Source of the DNA: Marsupella aquatica
Taxonomy: Eukaryota; Plantae; Marchantiophyta
NCBI GenBank assembly: GCA_973895155.1
Contig: OZ316896.1
Location: forward strand, 11,732,830-11,796,829
Direction of reading: 5' to 3'
DNA length: 64,000 bases
Part shown: one piece after another, positions 62,671 to 64,000 of the stretch
How the letters are laid out: each line of letters begins with the position of its first letter
Position numbering within the stretch: the stretch's first letter is position 1
Made by a program: the position numbers and the translations under genes
The notes under the pieces: model-generated
The model's input: only the letters and a program-made list of their open reading frames with translations
Database searches by the model: none
What the model was told of the DNA's origin: nothing

Positions 62671-64000
62671 TTGTGGAAAGCATTGTCTTTTGTTCCAAAA
62701 AAGTTTGAAAAATTCCCAAATAAATTCTAATTGATAAATTTTGACAAAAATACTCTTCCACATAGCCCTCCAATCAAAATTTGTCGTGTCCGCACAAAAA
62801 GTGAAATAATATACTAAATATTAATCATTTGAAGGTCTTTTGATGGAATAACAAAGTTGATCTTTACTGATTCGGAGTTATCAAATTACATAGGAGGCCA
62901 AATGTCGAGCAGAGGTAATCGAGCAAGTCCTCTAATGGCTTGTGATCCTTGAGTACGGGAAGATGAATGAAGCTAGTTTCTCTTTAGTTGTTCTCTCAAT
63001 TTAATAAGGTTCTTCTCATACTTAAATTAAATTGCATATCCGTCATGAGAGACCCAGACATAATAGCTGTAAGGCCACGGATTGTGTGGAAGTATAGGAG
63101 GAAAGGGGCAGGAAGCTCTTCTAAGGGACGGTAGACTCCCAACACCAGATTTCATACGCAGAGAATTTAGTTTTCCTATCCTTATCAATTGGCAGAACAA
63201 TCTTTGGAAACATATATGTAAGTATCAAAGTACGTATACCTTGAGGACATATTCCTGGAAAAATCTGCTGCTGTTGTTTGATACTCTCAACCTCCAAATG
63301 CCTGAAAGCTATTTGGTAGTCCTTCTTGGTCCAACAGGTAATAGAAGCAAGATTGGGGACAGGAATAGGAGATGGCAACTCAACCAATCTTCCCAGTCAA
63401 GATGGAATTTGAATAATCTTGGGATCTACCTCATCTTCATTGCCATCACTGGGTGCTTCTATCCATCAAAAAATTACTACTGGAGTTGAGAAAGGAATCA
63501 CAGACTCCTTAGCAGGTGGGTGAGGTGGAGTCTCAGGAGAAGAAGTAGCAATGGTAGTCAGTACTAGTCTTGGTATCTCTGCACCTGTGAATTCTGCACA
63601 TGGAAGTTCCTGCTCTAGCTGTAACTCCTTTGAATAACCAGCTGTCTCACCTTGAACTTCAGCTGGTTCCACTTCATTGACATTCTACACCTGTGCTTCT
63701 CTCTGAGCCTTGTCAAAATCTTCAGCAACGTGCAATTCCATTGAATCCCGAGCTCTCTGTAATCTCTCTCATGGTCTACGACTATAAGTGACCGGGTACT
63801 CATCTGGAGCTCAAGATTTGGAAGCTATAGGTTGAGTGTCCACAGAAACAATTCTCTCAAAGTTGATTGAAGCAAATGTATTGTCAAGTGTAAGGTTCCA
63901 CTGGACTCTGGTTTGGATTATCATAATCCATTTGAACCGGTGATAATTCCTCATTATCGAAATACCGAGGAATTTGACTTAGTCCCTCAGCTAAATCCTC

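Noticed and set aside
63040-64000. Gene on the minus strand at window end
   Set aside because: Only short broken ORFs with no identifiable domain; truncated by the window.

Overview
Repeat-rich eukaryotic DNA from a land plant. Spliceosomal introns and plant-type CACTA and Ty3/gypsy elements are visible; a bryophyte origin is an inference. Bases 1-37663 are one CACTA/En-Spm transposon with matching ~30-bp TIRs. It has a split transposase on the - strand, a divergent TnpA-like gene on the + strand, and an intact SET-domain exon that can splice in phase to the transposase's own first exon. Three elements are nested in it, each with an exact target-site duplication (TSD). Two are 4.0- and 4.7-kb TG...CA solo-LTR-like units, each containing a long ORF for related plant-mobile-domain-like/coiled-coil proteins. 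The third is an 18.9-kb TIR element with a 7-bp TSD. It encodes a P-element-like DDE transposase, a TET/JBP-like Fe(II) dioxygenase, and captured gene fragments (ACCase, GH3 glucosidase, fungal-type beta-propeller). Removing the three inserts leaves a CACTA of ~10.1 kb. The right part of the window holds a gypsy element (42762-53757, 3.6-kb LTR) with two small nested TIR elements, an unknown ORF, tandem repeats and a very AT-rich tract. The main signal is DNA transposons carrying their own putative chromatin/DNA-modifying enzymes (SET, TET/JBP-like). All protein family calls come from motif recognition by eye; no database searches were run.
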